The notes under the pieces: generated by a model
What the model was told of the DNA's origin: nothing
Databases searched by the model: none
The model's input: only the letters and a program-made list of their open reading frames with translations
Translations under genes and position numbers: made by a program
Source of the DNA: an uncultured Marinicella sp.
GTDB lineage: Bacteria; Pseudomonadota; Gammaproteobacteria; Xanthomonadales; Marinicellaceae
Direction of reading: 5' to 3'
NCBI GenBank assembly: GCA_947502595.1
Contig: CANNAM010000008.1
Location: 37,473-101,472 of the forward strand
DNA length: 64,000 nucleotides
In this document: positions 23,498-33,790 of the stretch, in pieces
Layout of the letters: every line of letters starts with the position of its first letter
Position numbering within the stretch: position 1 is the first letter of the stretch

Positions 23498-24714
23498 TGA
23501 TGCAAGCCCAACAACCTCAAGCAGAATCTGCAGATGCTGTCAGTCAAGTTGCTGAACAAGCCCCTGTCAGTGACGTTACATTGGCAATCAATAACTTTTC
23601 AGCCTTATTGCCTGAAGCGTGGTTGCCTTATTGGGATAAAATCCAGTCGATACCATTTTTAGGTTTTTTCTTGTTGCTTATACTGGGTTATTTGGTGGCC
23701 AAAATAGGTGCCGCAATTTTCAGTAAAAGCCTGTCACAAATCACCAAAAGAACACAAAGCAATGTCGATGATGAACTGGTTAAATTATTAAAGAGACCGG
23801 TCTTCCTGACCTTGTTTTTCTTCTTCCTAGGCATGGCCATAAAGACAGTTGATTTGTCACCTGGGGTTGAAGGTCCAATCATCCGGGTGCTGGCATCTAT
23901 TCTGGCATTTTCTTGGATGATGCGAGGCTTTAAACTGTTGAATTTGGTGCTAGAAACACTGTCAAAATTCAAAGGCCGGTATGAGCTTATCCAACCCAAA
24001 ACCATTCCGCTGTTCGATTTGATTGGTAAAATATTATTGATTGGTCTTGGCTCGTATGTGCTATTGATTATATGGGGTATCAATCCGACGGCATGGTTGG
24101 CATCAGCTGGTGTGATTGGTATAGCCGTTGGTTTTGCTGCCAAGGATACCCTGGCTAATTTGTTTTCTGGTTTCTTTATCATTGCAGACACCCCTTATAA
24201 AGTGGGTGATTTCATCAATTTAGATTCTGGAGAGCGTGGCATGGTGACTCAAGTTGGCATGCGTTCTACCCGCCTTTTAACCCGTGATGACGTAGAAATC
24301 ACCATCCCCAACAATGTGATAGGTAATGCCAAAGTCATCAATGAAAGTTCAGGTCGATGGGAAAAAAGCCGCATTCGTATCAAAGTTGGGGCAGCGTATG
24401 GTTCAGATGCACAACAAGTGTGTGATGTGCTGATGGCTGTGGCCAATGAAAACACTGATGTAGTCAAAGAACCTGCTGCTCGGGTAAGGTTCAGGGAATT
24501 TGGCGCGTCTTCTTTGGATTTTGAGCTGTTGGTGTGGATTGCTCAACCGGTATTGCGTGGTAGGATCAGTCACGAGTTACACATGCAAGTGTATGCTGCT
24601 TTCAATGCTGCTGGGATAGAAATACCTTACGCCAAACAAGACGTTTACATCAAAGAATTTCCAGGTGGTGTGACCACTGCCAAAGAATTGCCGGTTAAAC
24701 CCGCCGCAGAATAA
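23497..24714 (+). CDS. MscS-family mechanosensitive channel
   Basis: Several TM helices, then LANLFSGFFIIADTPYKVGDFI and a beta-domain. TAATG overlap with sspB. Confidence 0.88.
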   Translation: MMQAQQPQAESADAVSQVAEQAPVSDVTLAINNFSALLPEAWLPYWDKIQSIPFLGFFLLLILGYLVAKIGAAIFSKSLSQITKRTQSNVDDELVKLLKRPVFLTLFFFFLGMAIKTVDLSPGVEGPIIRVLASILAFSWMMRGFKLLNLVLETLSKFKGRYELIQPKTIPLFDLIGKILLIGLGSYVLLIIWGINPTAWLASAGVIGIAVGFAAKDTLANLFSGFFIIADTPYKVGDFINLDSGERGMVTQVGMRSTRLLTRDDVEITIPNNVIGNAKVINESSGRWEKSRIRIKVGAAYGSDAQQVCDVLMAVANENTDVVKEPAARVRFREFGASSLDFELLVWIAQPVLRGRISHELHMQVYAAFNAAGIEIPYAKQDVYIKEFPGGVTTAKELPVKPAAE

Positions 24715-24723
24715 CAGTCAGTT

Positions 24724-27700
24724 GTGCAGGCTGATATTGACAAATTGATTGCACAAATGCCTGGCCATGTCCCGGCCAAGGACTTGCATCGCCTTAAAAA
24801 TCAACTCAAACGGGCTCAAAAGCACCCCAAACAATTAAGCCAAGCTTTGGATGCGCTGGCTGCCGCACAATTAGCCATTGAAACACGGGTGGCACAAATG
24901 CCAGCTGTGAAGTTGGCTGATGATTTGCCCATCAGTCAACAAGCTGAGAAAATCACTGCAGCCATAAAAAGCCACCAGGTCACTGTCATTGCTGGTGAAA
25001 CAGGGTCTGGTAAAACCACCCAAATTCCGAAAATATGTTTACAAGCAGGCTTGGGTAAAACAGGTCAGATTGCCTGTACACAGCCACGCAGAATAGCGGC
25101 TAAGTCAGTGGCTCAAAGGGTGGCTGATGAAATCAATACACCATTGGGTCAGGCAGTTGGGTATCAGGTTCGGTTCGATGATAAATACAGTCAAGACGGT
25201 TACATCCGCTTTATGACTGATGGTATTTTATTGCAACAAACCTTACGCGACAGGTGGTTGAATGACTATGACACCATCATCATTGACGAGGCCCATGAAC
25301 GGAGTTTAAATATTGATTTTTTGCTGGGCTTTATCAAGCAACTGATCAATAAAAGAAGTGATTTAAAAGTCATCATCACTTCAGCCACCATAGACACCGA
25401 TAAGTTTTCTAAGCATTTCAATGACGCGCCCATCATCAATGTCAGCGGTCGCTCATTTCCAGTCACGGCGCATTACCGTCCACTTGAGGAAAATAACCTT
25501 GAATTGAATCAAGGTATTATCCGTGCCATCGATGAAATTTATGCCCACAGTGGCGAAGGTGATGTGTTGGTTTTTTTGCCAGGTGAAAGGGAAATCAATG
25601 AAGCGGCTGATCAACTGCAACGCAAGCACCTACCCAATACTGAAATACTTAAACTGTACGCGCGTCTGACTGCGGCAGATCAAATGAAAATCTTTAAACC
25701 GGGCAACAAACGTCGGGTAATACTGTCTACCAATGTGGCCGAAACTTCACTGACCGTGCCAAGAATACACTATGTGATTGATTCTGGCTTGGCGCGCATC
25801 AGCCGTTACTCAGCCAGAAGTAAAATTCAAGGTTTGCAAATTGAGCCAATTGCACAAGACAGTGCCAACCAGCGCATGGGCCGCTGTGGACGGATTGCTG
25901 ATGGTCACTGTTACCGTTTGTATTCCGAACAGGATTTTGACAGCCGTCCAGAACATACCGATGCAGAAATTTTAAGGACCTCATTGGCATCAGTGATCTT
26001 ACAAACCCATGTGTTGAACTTAGGCCATTTGACTGATTTTCCATTCATTGATCAACCAGATTTCAAAATGATCAATGATGGATATCAATTGTTGATTGAG
26101 CTTGAAGCTTTGGATGAAGGGCAACAAATAACGCCTACGGGGCGATTGATGGCGCATTTGCCGATTGATGTGCAATTGGGTCGGGTATTGATTAAAGCCA
26201 ATGGCTTGGGCTGTTTAAATGACATGTTGGTCATCGTGGCTGGTTTATCCATTCAAGACCCGCGAGAGCGGCCATTGGAATGGTCGCAGGCTGCCGACAA
26301 AGCGCATTTGAAGTACCACCATGAACGTTCTGATTTTATGGCTTTGTTGAATTTATGGCGGTATTTGAATAAACAAAGAAAGCAGTTAAAAAACAAAGCA
26401 TTCAAACAATGGTGCAGGGATAATTTCATTTCCATCAAACGGTACATGGAATGGAAAGATGTGGTGCGTCAACTCTCATCACTGGTGAGTAAACAAAAAA
26501 TGCAAATCACTGATCAAGCGGCCGATTACGAACAAATACATAAGGCATTACTGGCAGGGTTTATTTCGCATGTAGGAATGCAACAATCAGACCGTGAATA
26601 TTTAGGCACACGCAATAAGAAGTTCATGATTTTCCCTGGTTCAGGCTTGTATGGCAGCAACCCCAAATGGATTTTAGCGGGGCAAATCATTCACACCAGT
26701 CAGGTGTTTGCTCGCATGGTGGCAGAGCTGGAGGTAGAATGGATCAATGACGTGGGGCGACATTTAATTAACAAGTCACACTACGATCCTTATTGGTCAA
26801 AAAAACAAGGCACTGTGATGGGCTATCAGCGCAGTGTATTGTTGGGCTTGGTGCTCGCTGATAAACAACAGATCCACTATGGCCCCAAAGACCCCAAAAG
26901 TGCACGACATTTATTCATCAGCCAAGGTTTGGTAGAACAGCAAATGCACACACGGCTGGGGTTTTACCACCACAATGCCCAATTGATTGCTGCTATACAA
27001 GCAGAAGAGGACCGCCACCGCAAAAAAGATTTGTTGATTGATCCCAATACCTTGTATGACTTGTATGATGCGGTGCTACCCAATGATATATATTCAGAGC
27101 GGCAACTGCGTCAATGGGTGCAGCAAAATGGCGATACAAAGTTACGGTTTACTGATGATGATCTGTACCTGCGCCAAGCACCGCAAGATCGGGCAGTTTT
27201 GTTTCCTGAAAGCATACAAATTCGCAACTTAAAGCTACAGTTAAGTTATGAGTTTCAGCCAGGCACGGATACCGATGGCGTAACCGCTCACATACAGCTG
27301 CCTTGGTTGAATGCGCTGAACGCCAATGATTTTGAGTATTTGGTGCCTGGTTTATTGCCAGAAAAGTTGGCAGCTTTAATCAAAGGATTGCCTAAAAGTA
27401 TTCGCCGCGGATTGTTTCCAATCAAAGAATATGCAGATATTTTGAGTGAGTTATTGGATCACAACGAAGAATTTTACCAACAGTTGGTGAAGCTGGTATT
27501 CAAGAAAAATGGTTTACAAACTGCCGTGGAAGATTGGCAAGCCACTGAATTAGATGACCATTTAAAGTTTCGTTTTGTGGTCTACGATAAACAAAAGAAA
27601 GTTTTAAAAAGTGGTCGTGATTTTAATGCCTTACTCAATGACTTCAGTCGTGAGGCCAATCGAAGTTTTCAAAAAACAGCATCCAAAGCCAATAAAATTG

Positions 27701-28530
27701 ATGGCGCCAAAGATTGGGTGTTTGGCGAATTGACTCAACAAATTAAATTAGACAATGGTTTGTTGGCTTACCAAGCAGTGGTCGATCAAGGAGATTGCGT
27801 TGGTCTGAGGTTATTTGAAAATCGGCACCAAGCATCACTCAAACACACCCAAGGCATCAAAAGATTGTTGGCGATAAAATACCCCAAAATAATGAAACAA
27901 TGCCAAAAAGTTCAAGTCGGTTTGAAAGCTGAAATGGCTTGGAGTGCATTGGCAAGTGAACACAAGTTGATTGATGAACTGATTGATGCTTTGTTAGAAA
28001 AACACATCAATTCAAGTGACTGGATTGGCAACCAACAACAGTTTGATGCCCTTGCGGATGCGTTGAATAAACAACTGTATAAAAATACCTATGACTGGGC
28101 ACAAAAATTGACACCAGTGATGGAGCAATGGTATCAAGTGTGGCAACAGCTTGATTCTAAAGGTGATTTGTTGACTGAAGTGACTTACAACGACATGCAG
28201 TACCAGTTGGATTATTTGGTTTATGCAGATTTTTTGCACCATGTGCGTGCAGCTGATTTGGCCCATTACCCCAGGTATTTTAATGGCCTGTCCATGCGTC
28301 TTGAAACAGCCATTCACTCGCCACCCAAAGAAGCTGAAAAGCTTAAAGAGTTAGCGGTGGTCAGTCAGCCGTTTTATGATTATTGTGACCAATTGGATGA
28401 GTTCACTGCTGCACATCAAGATTTTTTGATGTTACTAGAAGAACTGCGAATTTCACTGTTTGCGCAAAGCTTGGGTACCAAGCAAAAAGTTTCGGTTAAG
28501 CGCCTCAAACAAGCCTTTAAGGCGCTGTAA
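24724..28530 (+). CDS. hrpA: ATP-dependent RNA helicase HrpA (DEAH-box)
   Basis: 1268 aa with GETGSGKTTQ, IIDEAHERS, SATID and the QRMGRCGR motif. Confidence 0.96.
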   Translation: MQADIDKLIAQMPGHVPAKDLHRLKNQLKRAQKHPKQLSQALDALAAAQLAIETRVAQMPAVKLADDLPISQQAEKITAAIKSHQVTVIAGETGSGKTTQIPKICLQAGLGKTGQIACTQPRRIAAKSVAQRVADEINTPLGQAVGYQVRFDDKYSQDGYIRFMTDGILLQQTLRDRWLNDYDTIIIDEAHERSLNIDFLLGFIKQLINKRSDLKVIITSATIDTDKFSKHFNDAPIINVSGRSFPVTAHYRPLEENNLELNQGIIRAIDEIYAHSGEGDVLVFLPGEREINEAADQLQRKHLPNTEILKLYARLTAADQMKIFKPGNKRRVILSTNVAETSLTVPRIHYVIDSGLARISRYSARSKIQGLQIEPIAQDSANQRMGRCGRIADGHCYRLYSEQDFDSRPEHTDAEILRTSLASVILQTHVLNLGHLTDFPFIDQPDFKMINDGYQLLIELEALDEGQQITPTGRLMAHLPIDVQLGRVLIKANGLGCLNDMLVIVAGLSIQDPRERPLEWSQAADKAHLKYHHERSDFMALLNLWRYLNKQRKQLKNKAFKQWCRDNFISIKRYMEWKDVVRQLSSLVSKQKMQITDQAADYEQIHKALLAGFISHVGMQQSDREYLGTRNKKFMIFPGSGLYGSNPKWILAGQIIHTSQVFARMVAELEVEWINDVGRHLINKSHYDPYWSKKQGTVMGYQRSVLLGLVLADKQQIHYGPKDPKSARHLFISQGLVEQQMHTRLGFYHHNAQLIAAIQAEEDRHRKKDLLIDPNTLYDLYDAVLPNDIYSERQLRQWVQQNGDTKLRFTDDDLYLRQAPQDRAVLFPESIQIRNLKLQLSYEFQPGTDTDGVTAHIQLPWLNALNANDFEYLVPGLLPEKLAALIKGLPKSIRRGLFPIKEYADILSELLDHNEEFYQQLVKLVFKKNGLQTAVEDWQATELDDHLKFRFVVYDKQKKVLKSGRDFNALLNDFSREANRSFQKTASKANKIDGAKDWVFGELTQQIKLDNGLLAYQAVVDQGDCVGLRLFENRHQASLKHTQGIKRLLAIKYPKIMKQCQKVQVGLKAEMAWSALASEHKLIDELIDALLEKHINSSDWIGNQQQFDALADALNKQLYKNTYDWAQKLTPVMEQWYQVWQQLDSKGDLLTEVTYNDMQYQLDYLVYADFLHHVRAADLAHYPRYFNGLSMRLETAIHSPPKEAEKLKELAVVSQPFYDYCDQLDEFTAAHQDFLMLLEELRISLFAQSLGTKQKVSVKRLKQAFKAL

Positions 28531-28724
28531 AAAATCGACAACAAAATCAAGGTGTTTTATTCGGCTATAAATCACTGTTATTGCCATTGCAGTAACAAGG
28601 TGCAAAAAAACATGCTGTTGTCGCATAAAGCTAATCAGTTAGGACAAACCAAATTACCATGTACTGTAGTGGGCGTGCGTAAGGTCAATTCCAAGTTACT
28701 TTTCGATTAACTTAAAAACCACGG

Positions 28725-30557
28725 TTATTCTACGGTAACTGATTTGGCTAAATTACGTGGTTGGTCCACATCGGTGCCACGCAACACGGCGACATGGTAC
28801 GACAGCAGTTGTAAGGGCACATTGAACACTATGGGAGAAGTGAATGAACCACTGGCTTCCATTTCAATCAAGTGGTTGACTCGGTCCTTGAGTCCGTGTT
28901 GACTTTTGTGGTCAACAAATACATACAGCTCACCACCACGGGCCCGAACTTCTTCAATGTTAGACTCCAGTTTTTCCAGCAGTTCGTCATTGGGACACAC
29001 GGCAATGACTGGCATTTTGTCATCCACCAAGGCCAATGGGCCGTGTTTGAGTTCGCCAGCGGGGTAACCTTCTGCGTGGATGTATGAAATTTCTTTGAGT
29101 TTCAAAGCACCTTCCAAAGCAATTGGGTAATGTACCCCACGACCTAAAAACAGTGCGTTATCACGACGCACAATTTTTTCAGCGATGACTTTGATTTGGT
29201 CACTCAATAACAGCGATTGGTTGATGATGCCAGGTAAAGTCCGCAATTGCTTGGCCAAGTTCTTGCGAATGTTGATGTCGATGTCTTTGATTTCTGCCAG
29301 TTTCAGCGTCAGCAATGCCAAAACAGTCAGTTGCGTGGTCAGGGCTTTGGTAGAAGCCACGCCGATTTCGGGGCCAGCATGGGTCAGGAGGCACACATCG
29401 GTTTCACGGTCTAAGCTCGATTCAGCGACATTACATACCGCAAAAGTAGACAAATAACCTGCGGTTTTGGCAAACCGCAAGGCGGCTAAAGAGTCGGCTG
29501 TTTCACCCGATTGTGAGATGGTTAAAAACAAGGTGTTTTTCGGTACCACTGGTTTGCGGTAGCGGTACTCACTGGCAATCTCAACTTGGGTTGGAATTTG
29601 AGTGATGGCTTCCAACCAATAGCGCGCCACCATACCTGCGTGGTAAGAGGTGCCACAGGCGATGATGTGAATGTTTTCTACCTGTTTCAAAATGGCTTCA
29701 GTGGGTTGATCTATGAAGTATTTAGAAATTTGGTCGTTGTATAGACGCCCTGCTATGGTGTTGGCCACTGCGGTGGGTTGTTCATGGATTTCCTTGAGCA
29801 TGTAATGGGCATAGCCGTCTTTCGTCAAGGCATCAGATGACATGGTCACTGTTTTAAGTTCCCTGGTGACTGTTTGTCCAGTTGCACCAAAAATTTCACA
29901 TGAGTTTTGAGTGATTTCAACCACATCGCCTTCTTCTAGGTAGTAAAACTGGTTGGTTTCATTGATCAATGCCTGTACATCCGAAGCCACATAGTTTTCC
30001 CCATCACCTAAACCAACCACCAATGGGCTGCCCTTGCGCGCAGCGATGATGCGATTTGGATCTGACATACAAGTAATGGCCACAGCATAGGCGCCTTCTA
30101 ATTCACCAATGGCTTGATGACTGGCAGCTGAAAAGCCCATCCCTTGGGCTTGGTAGTAATGAATCAAATGAACCAGAGTTTCGGTGTCAGTGGCAGATTT
30201 GAATACATACCCCGCAGCCGTTAGCTTTTCGCGCAATGGGCGGTAGTTTTCAATGATGCCATTGTGGACCAAAGCTATGGCGTTGTTTGAGTCATGCGGG
30301 TGCGCATTGGCCGAGGTGGGTTCGCCATGAGTGGCCCAACGGGTGTGCCCAATACCAACAAAGCCATGCACAGGGTTGTCAATCAGTTCTTGTTTGAGGT
30401 TGGATAATTTACCGGCTTGTTTGCGAATTTCAATTTTATCGCCGGCCACAATGGCTATACCGGCTGAATCATAGCCACGGTACTCTAGGGTTTGTAAGCC
30501 ATGAATAATGAGGTCGACCACATTTCGATTGGCGCTGACTGCTACGATTCCACACAT
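28725..30557 (-). CDS. glmS: Glutamine--fructose-6-phosphate aminotransferase
   Basis: MCGIVA N-terminal nucleophile, two SIS domains, C-terminal ...AKSVTVE. Confidence 0.97.
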   Translation of the reverse strand: MCGIVAVSANRNVVDLIIHGLQTLEYRGYDSAGIAIVAGDKIEIRKQAGKLSNLKQELIDNPVHGFVGIGHTRWATHGEPTSANAHPHDSNNAIALVHNGIIENYRPLREKLTAAGYVFKSATDTETLVHLIHYYQAQGMGFSAASHQAIGELEGAYAVAITCMSDPNRIIAARKGSPLVVGLGDGENYVASDVQALINETNQFYYLEEGDVVEITQNSCEIFGATGQTVTRELKTVTMSSDALTKDGYAHYMLKEIHEQPTAVANTIAGRLYNDQISKYFIDQPTEAILKQVENIHIIACGTSYHAGMVARYWLEAITQIPTQVEIASEYRYRKPVVPKNTLFLTISQSGETADSLAALRFAKTAGYLSTFAVCNVAESSLDRETDVCLLTHAGPEIGVASTKALTTQLTVLALLTLKLAEIKDIDINIRKNLAKQLRTLPGIINQSLLLSDQIKVIAEKIVRRDNALFLGRGVHYPIALEGALKLKEISYIHAEGYPAGELKHGPLALVDDKMPVIAVCPNDELLEKLESNIEEVRARGGELYVFVDHKSQHGLKDRVNHLIEMEASGSFTSPIVFNVPLQLLSYHVAVLRGTDVDQPRNLAKSVTVE

Positions 30558-30558
30558 G

Positions 30559-31908
30559 TTATTTTTTGCTCGGTTTTTGCCAGTGTTCGACTGATTTTTG
30601 TCTAGTTCTGGTTAAAGTTAATTGATTGTCAGGGGTGCTTTTGGTGATGGTTGAACCAGCACCAATGGTGGCATTTTCACCCACTGTTACTGGGGCCACC
30701 AGTTGGCTGTCAGAACCAATAAAAGCGCCATCTTTGATGGTGGTGGTGAATTTGTTAACGCCATCATAATTACAGGTGATGGTGCCTGCCCCGATGTTGA
30801 CATTTTGGCCGATGATGGCATCACCCAAATAAGTCAAATGACTGGCTTTGCTGTTTTGACCCAGGGTGGTCTTTTTGGTTTCAACAAAATTACCTATTTT
30901 ACAGCCAGATGCTAATTTTGTGCCAGGTCTTAAGCGTGCAAACGGACCAATTGAACAAGCCCCAGTGCTCACCACACCATCTAACATAGAATGTGGTTCA
31001 ACCACTGTGCCAGAGGCCAGTTGGCAGTTTCGTAAAACCACATGGGCGCCAATGATGACGTCGTTACCTAGGGTGTTTTTACCTTCAAACAACACGCCTT
31101 TGTCAATCACCACATCCTTTCCACAGTTTAATTCGCCACGAATGTCCACTGATTCGGGTTTAATCAAGTTTACCCCTGCTTGCATCAGTTGCTGGCGTGT
31201 CCTGGTTTGCATCAAGTCTTCCAGCACCGCCAGTTGTTGCATGTCATTGGCCCCCTTCACTGCGTTGGCATCTGCCAGTAGTTTGGCTTTGAATGGTGTG
31301 CCATCGGTAGCAGCTAAACCTATCACGTCGGTTAAATAGTACTCTTGTTGTTGGTTGTCGTTGGATAATTGGCTCAACCATTGTTTGAGTTTATCAGCGG
31401 GTGCTTGGATGATGCCAGAGTTGACCTCTTTGACTTGTAATTCGGCATCGTTGGCGTCTTTGTGCTCAACAATGGCAGCAATGTAATCTTTGTTTCTGAT
31501 GATTCTGCCATAGCCGGTTGGGTCACTGAGCTCCGCAGTCAATACAAACTGTTGATTGCTGATGTTGGTGAGGTCGGAGGTTTGTACCAGTGGTGCATCT
31601 CCATATAAAACCAAAACATCTTCGTTGTCATGTAGAAAAGGCACCGCTTGCTGGACGGCATGGCCGGTGCCCAGTTGTTGTTGTTGGGCAGCCCAATTAA
31701 CCGCTTGATCTTGAAAGTGTTGAATAAGTTGCTCACCTTGGTGGCCATACACCATGGTGATTTGTGCTGGATTCAGTGCCTGAGCCAGTTGCAGTACATG
31801 GTCTACCATTGGTTTGCCGGCCACCTGATGCAATACTTTTAATTTGTGGGAGTGCATACGGGTGCCAGCACCTGCAGCCAAAATCACCACATGCAGTGGT
31901 TTGTTCAT
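30559..31908 (-). CDS. glmU: Bifunctional UDP-GlcNAc pyrophosphorylase / GlcN-1-P acetyltransferase
   Basis: ILAAGAGTRM nucleotidyltransferase motif and C-terminal hexapeptide repeats. Immediately upstream of glmS. Confidence 0.96.
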   Translation of the reverse strand: MNKPLHVVILAAGAGTRMHSHKLKVLHQVAGKPMVDHVLQLAQALNPAQITMVYGHQGEQLIQHFQDQAVNWAAQQQQLGTGHAVQQAVPFLHDNEDVLVLYGDAPLVQTSDLTNISNQQFVLTAELSDPTGYGRIIRNKDYIAAIVEHKDANDAELQVKEVNSGIIQAPADKLKQWLSQLSNDNQQQEYYLTDVIGLAATDGTPFKAKLLADANAVKGANDMQQLAVLEDLMQTRTRQQLMQAGVNLIKPESVDIRGELNCGKDVVIDKGVLFEGKNTLGNDVIIGAHVVLRNCQLASGTVVEPHSMLDGVVSTGACSIGPFARLRPGTKLASGCKIGNFVETKKTTLGQNSKASHLTYLGDAIIGQNVNIGAGTITCNYDGVNKFTTTIKDGAFIGSDSQLVAPVTVGENATIGAGSTITKSTPDNQLTLTRTRQKSVEHWQKPSKK

Positions 31909-32048
31909 ATAAAACCCCGGGTATTTAAGTGCTGTTTTGGTGAATGCATTGGCTTCAAGTTATTCGGCTCAGTGAATGAAAGCAGTCATTATAATTCATC
32001 GGAGCCAGAAGCCAAAATCAATGCCGCAGAATTTACTGGCAGACTGTG

Positions 32049-32939
32049 TCACGATGCGACTGTCGCTGGTTGAGGATTTTTGAAGGCCTGGGCTTTTTGT
32101 TTGTGTCTGATGGGTTGTCTGAGTTGATAAATATAGTTTAAGCGTGTTTGATGGGTCTGGATATAGTCACGGTGCTGTAAAACAGACAGTAAATCGTCTT
32201 GCCATAGGCGTTGGTTGTTTTCGAAAATAATACATTGCGGCAACAAGTGATTGGGTGCGTCCATTATATATGGAATCAAAGCGCGATCTTCTGCACCTTC
32301 AATGTCACACTTTATCACATCCACGCGTGACAGCTTAAGTTTGTGTATTGTCTCTAATAAAGTAACACAGGTCACTTTGATGCTGTTTTGTTTACTTGGA
32401 TTATTCAGTAAAGAGCTGGCACCTAAATTATCATCATCTAAGAACAATGAAAATTCACCGCTGCAATCACTGATGCCCAGTTGCAACAACTCTACTCGAG
32501 GTGTGTCACTCATTTCAGCAGTGGTTGCGGCTAAATTAAATGCCAGCCGTTGGTGCACATCAGGGTTAGGTTCAATGGCAACCACCACACCCATGCGCTT
32601 CAGCTTGGTGGCTGCAAGGGCCGAATAAATGCCTACATTGGCGCCAATATCAATCATCACACCATCTGCTGCCAATGAATCCAGCATGACTTGGCGTTCT
32701 ATGGCATCCCAGCGCCAAGGCATGAACACAAAACCACGTTCTGAGATGTTGTCTGTCAGCTGGCAGCGCATTCGCACTTTTCCTATGCACAAATCCAGCG
32801 GCAATTTGGCTTGACTGAGCACTTGTTTGCGCAGCACTTGAGCTATCTGCTTGCTCAACCAATTGGCTGGCAAGCGCTGACACCAAGCAATTTTTTTCAA
32901 GGTTTTGTGGTCCGGTGTATAGGTGCCAAATGGTTGCAT
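32049..32939 (-). CDS. FkbM-family methyltransferase
   Basis: DIGANVGIYS motif and KCDIEGAE, characteristic of FkbM-type methyltransferases. Confidence 0.75.
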   Translation of the reverse strand: MQPFGTYTPDHKTLKKIAWCQRLPANWLSKQIAQVLRKQVLSQAKLPLDLCIGKVRMRCQLTDNISERGFVFMPWRWDAIERQVMLDSLAADGVMIDIGANVGIYSALAATKLKRMGVVVAIEPNPDVHQRLAFNLAATTAEMSDTPRVELLQLGISDCSGEFSLFLDDDNLGASSLLNNPSKQNSIKVTCVTLLETIHKLKLSRVDVIKCDIEGAEDRALIPYIMDAPNHLLPQCIIFENNQRLWQDDLLSVLQHRDYIQTHQTRLNYIYQLRQPIRHKQKAQAFKNPQPATVAS

Positions 32940-32942
32940 GGT

Positions 32943-33224
32943 TTATAATTTCCTGCCCAATTTATTTTCAATTTGTTGGGTTTCCCAACGGCCACCGAAT
33001 GGACCAAAAACCTGAAATGTGATCAAGCCATGCACTGCCAGTCCTAGAGTCCATCCACCGCATAACCATAAAGTTTGTGGGTGGCTGAATTTACCAGTGA
33101 TTAACAAAGCCAGTAAAAACACTGCGAATATAAAGAGGTGTCCGTAGAACTCTTTGCTACCTTTGATGGCGCTGATGATTGCAACTTCTGCTTGGTTGAT
33201 TTGTTGCTGGTGTTTGTTGCCCAT
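32943..33224 (-). CDS. 2TM-domain membrane protein
   Basis: FYGHLFIFAVF...GGWTLGLAVHG...WETQQIE pattern with two TM helices. ATG at 33224 is preferred over 33302. Confidence 0.55.
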   Translation of the reverse strand: MGNKHQQQINQAEVAIISAIKGSKEFYGHLFIFAVFLLALLITGKFSHPQTLWLCGGWTLGLAVHGLITFQVFGPFGGRWETQQIENKLGRKL

Positions 33225-33447
33225 ATTTATAGCCTGAAATGATTTAAACAACCACTCACTGTTGTTGACTCTGTTGTTTTTGATACATCTTGTACCAGAC
33301 ATGATGTGCCATCCTCTGGTTATTATAGTGCAGCCAAGGACTGAGTTGTGACTGATTAATTGTTATATGAGGCTGATAATAATGTGGTTTTGTTCAGTGG
33401 CTTCGATTAAAGTCATAAGCAGTTTAAACCAAGTTCAGCAAATTAAT

Positions 33448-33783
33448 ATGAGTCGAGTTTTTGTGGATGAACAATTGTCTTGGGTGATTCAGGCTAAATG
33501 TGTGCTTGATGATGCGCAAATACCTTGTTATATCAAGAATGAGTTTGCTTCATCAACTGCGGGTGAAGTGCCCTTCTTGGAAACTTGGCCTGAACTGTGG
33601 GTGCATAAGCAAACAGATTCAATCCGAGCTAAACAATTAATTGATGCATGGCAAGCAACATTGAAAGCAACACAAGATACCACGTTTGAGCCTTGGAAAT
33701 GTTCCCAGTGTGGTGAGTTGAATGAAGGTAACTTTGCTTTGTGTTGGTCCTGTGGAAAGGTGTTGGACCCGATAACGGATTAA
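33448..33783 (+). CDS. DUF2007-like small protein with a C-terminal zinc ribbon
   Basis: CSQCGE...CWSCG (CxxC-x10-CxxC). The internal ATG at 33448 removes an unlikely hydrophobic extension. Confidence 0.5.
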   Translation: MSRVFVDEQLSWVIQAKCVLDDAQIPCYIKNEFASSTAGEVPFLETWPELWVHKQTDSIRAKQLIDAWQATLKATQDTTFEPWKCSQCGELNEGNFALCWSCGKVLDPITD

Positions 33784-33790
33784 TTCAGCA

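Noticed and set aside
23688-24191. Large antisense ORFs of 148-181 aa opposite mscS (23688..24191), prs (44146..44691), glmU (30866..31339) and ispD (1159..1605).
   Set aside because: Each lies entirely within, and opposite to, a gene with strong family motifs. Their compositions look like reverse-frame artefacts.
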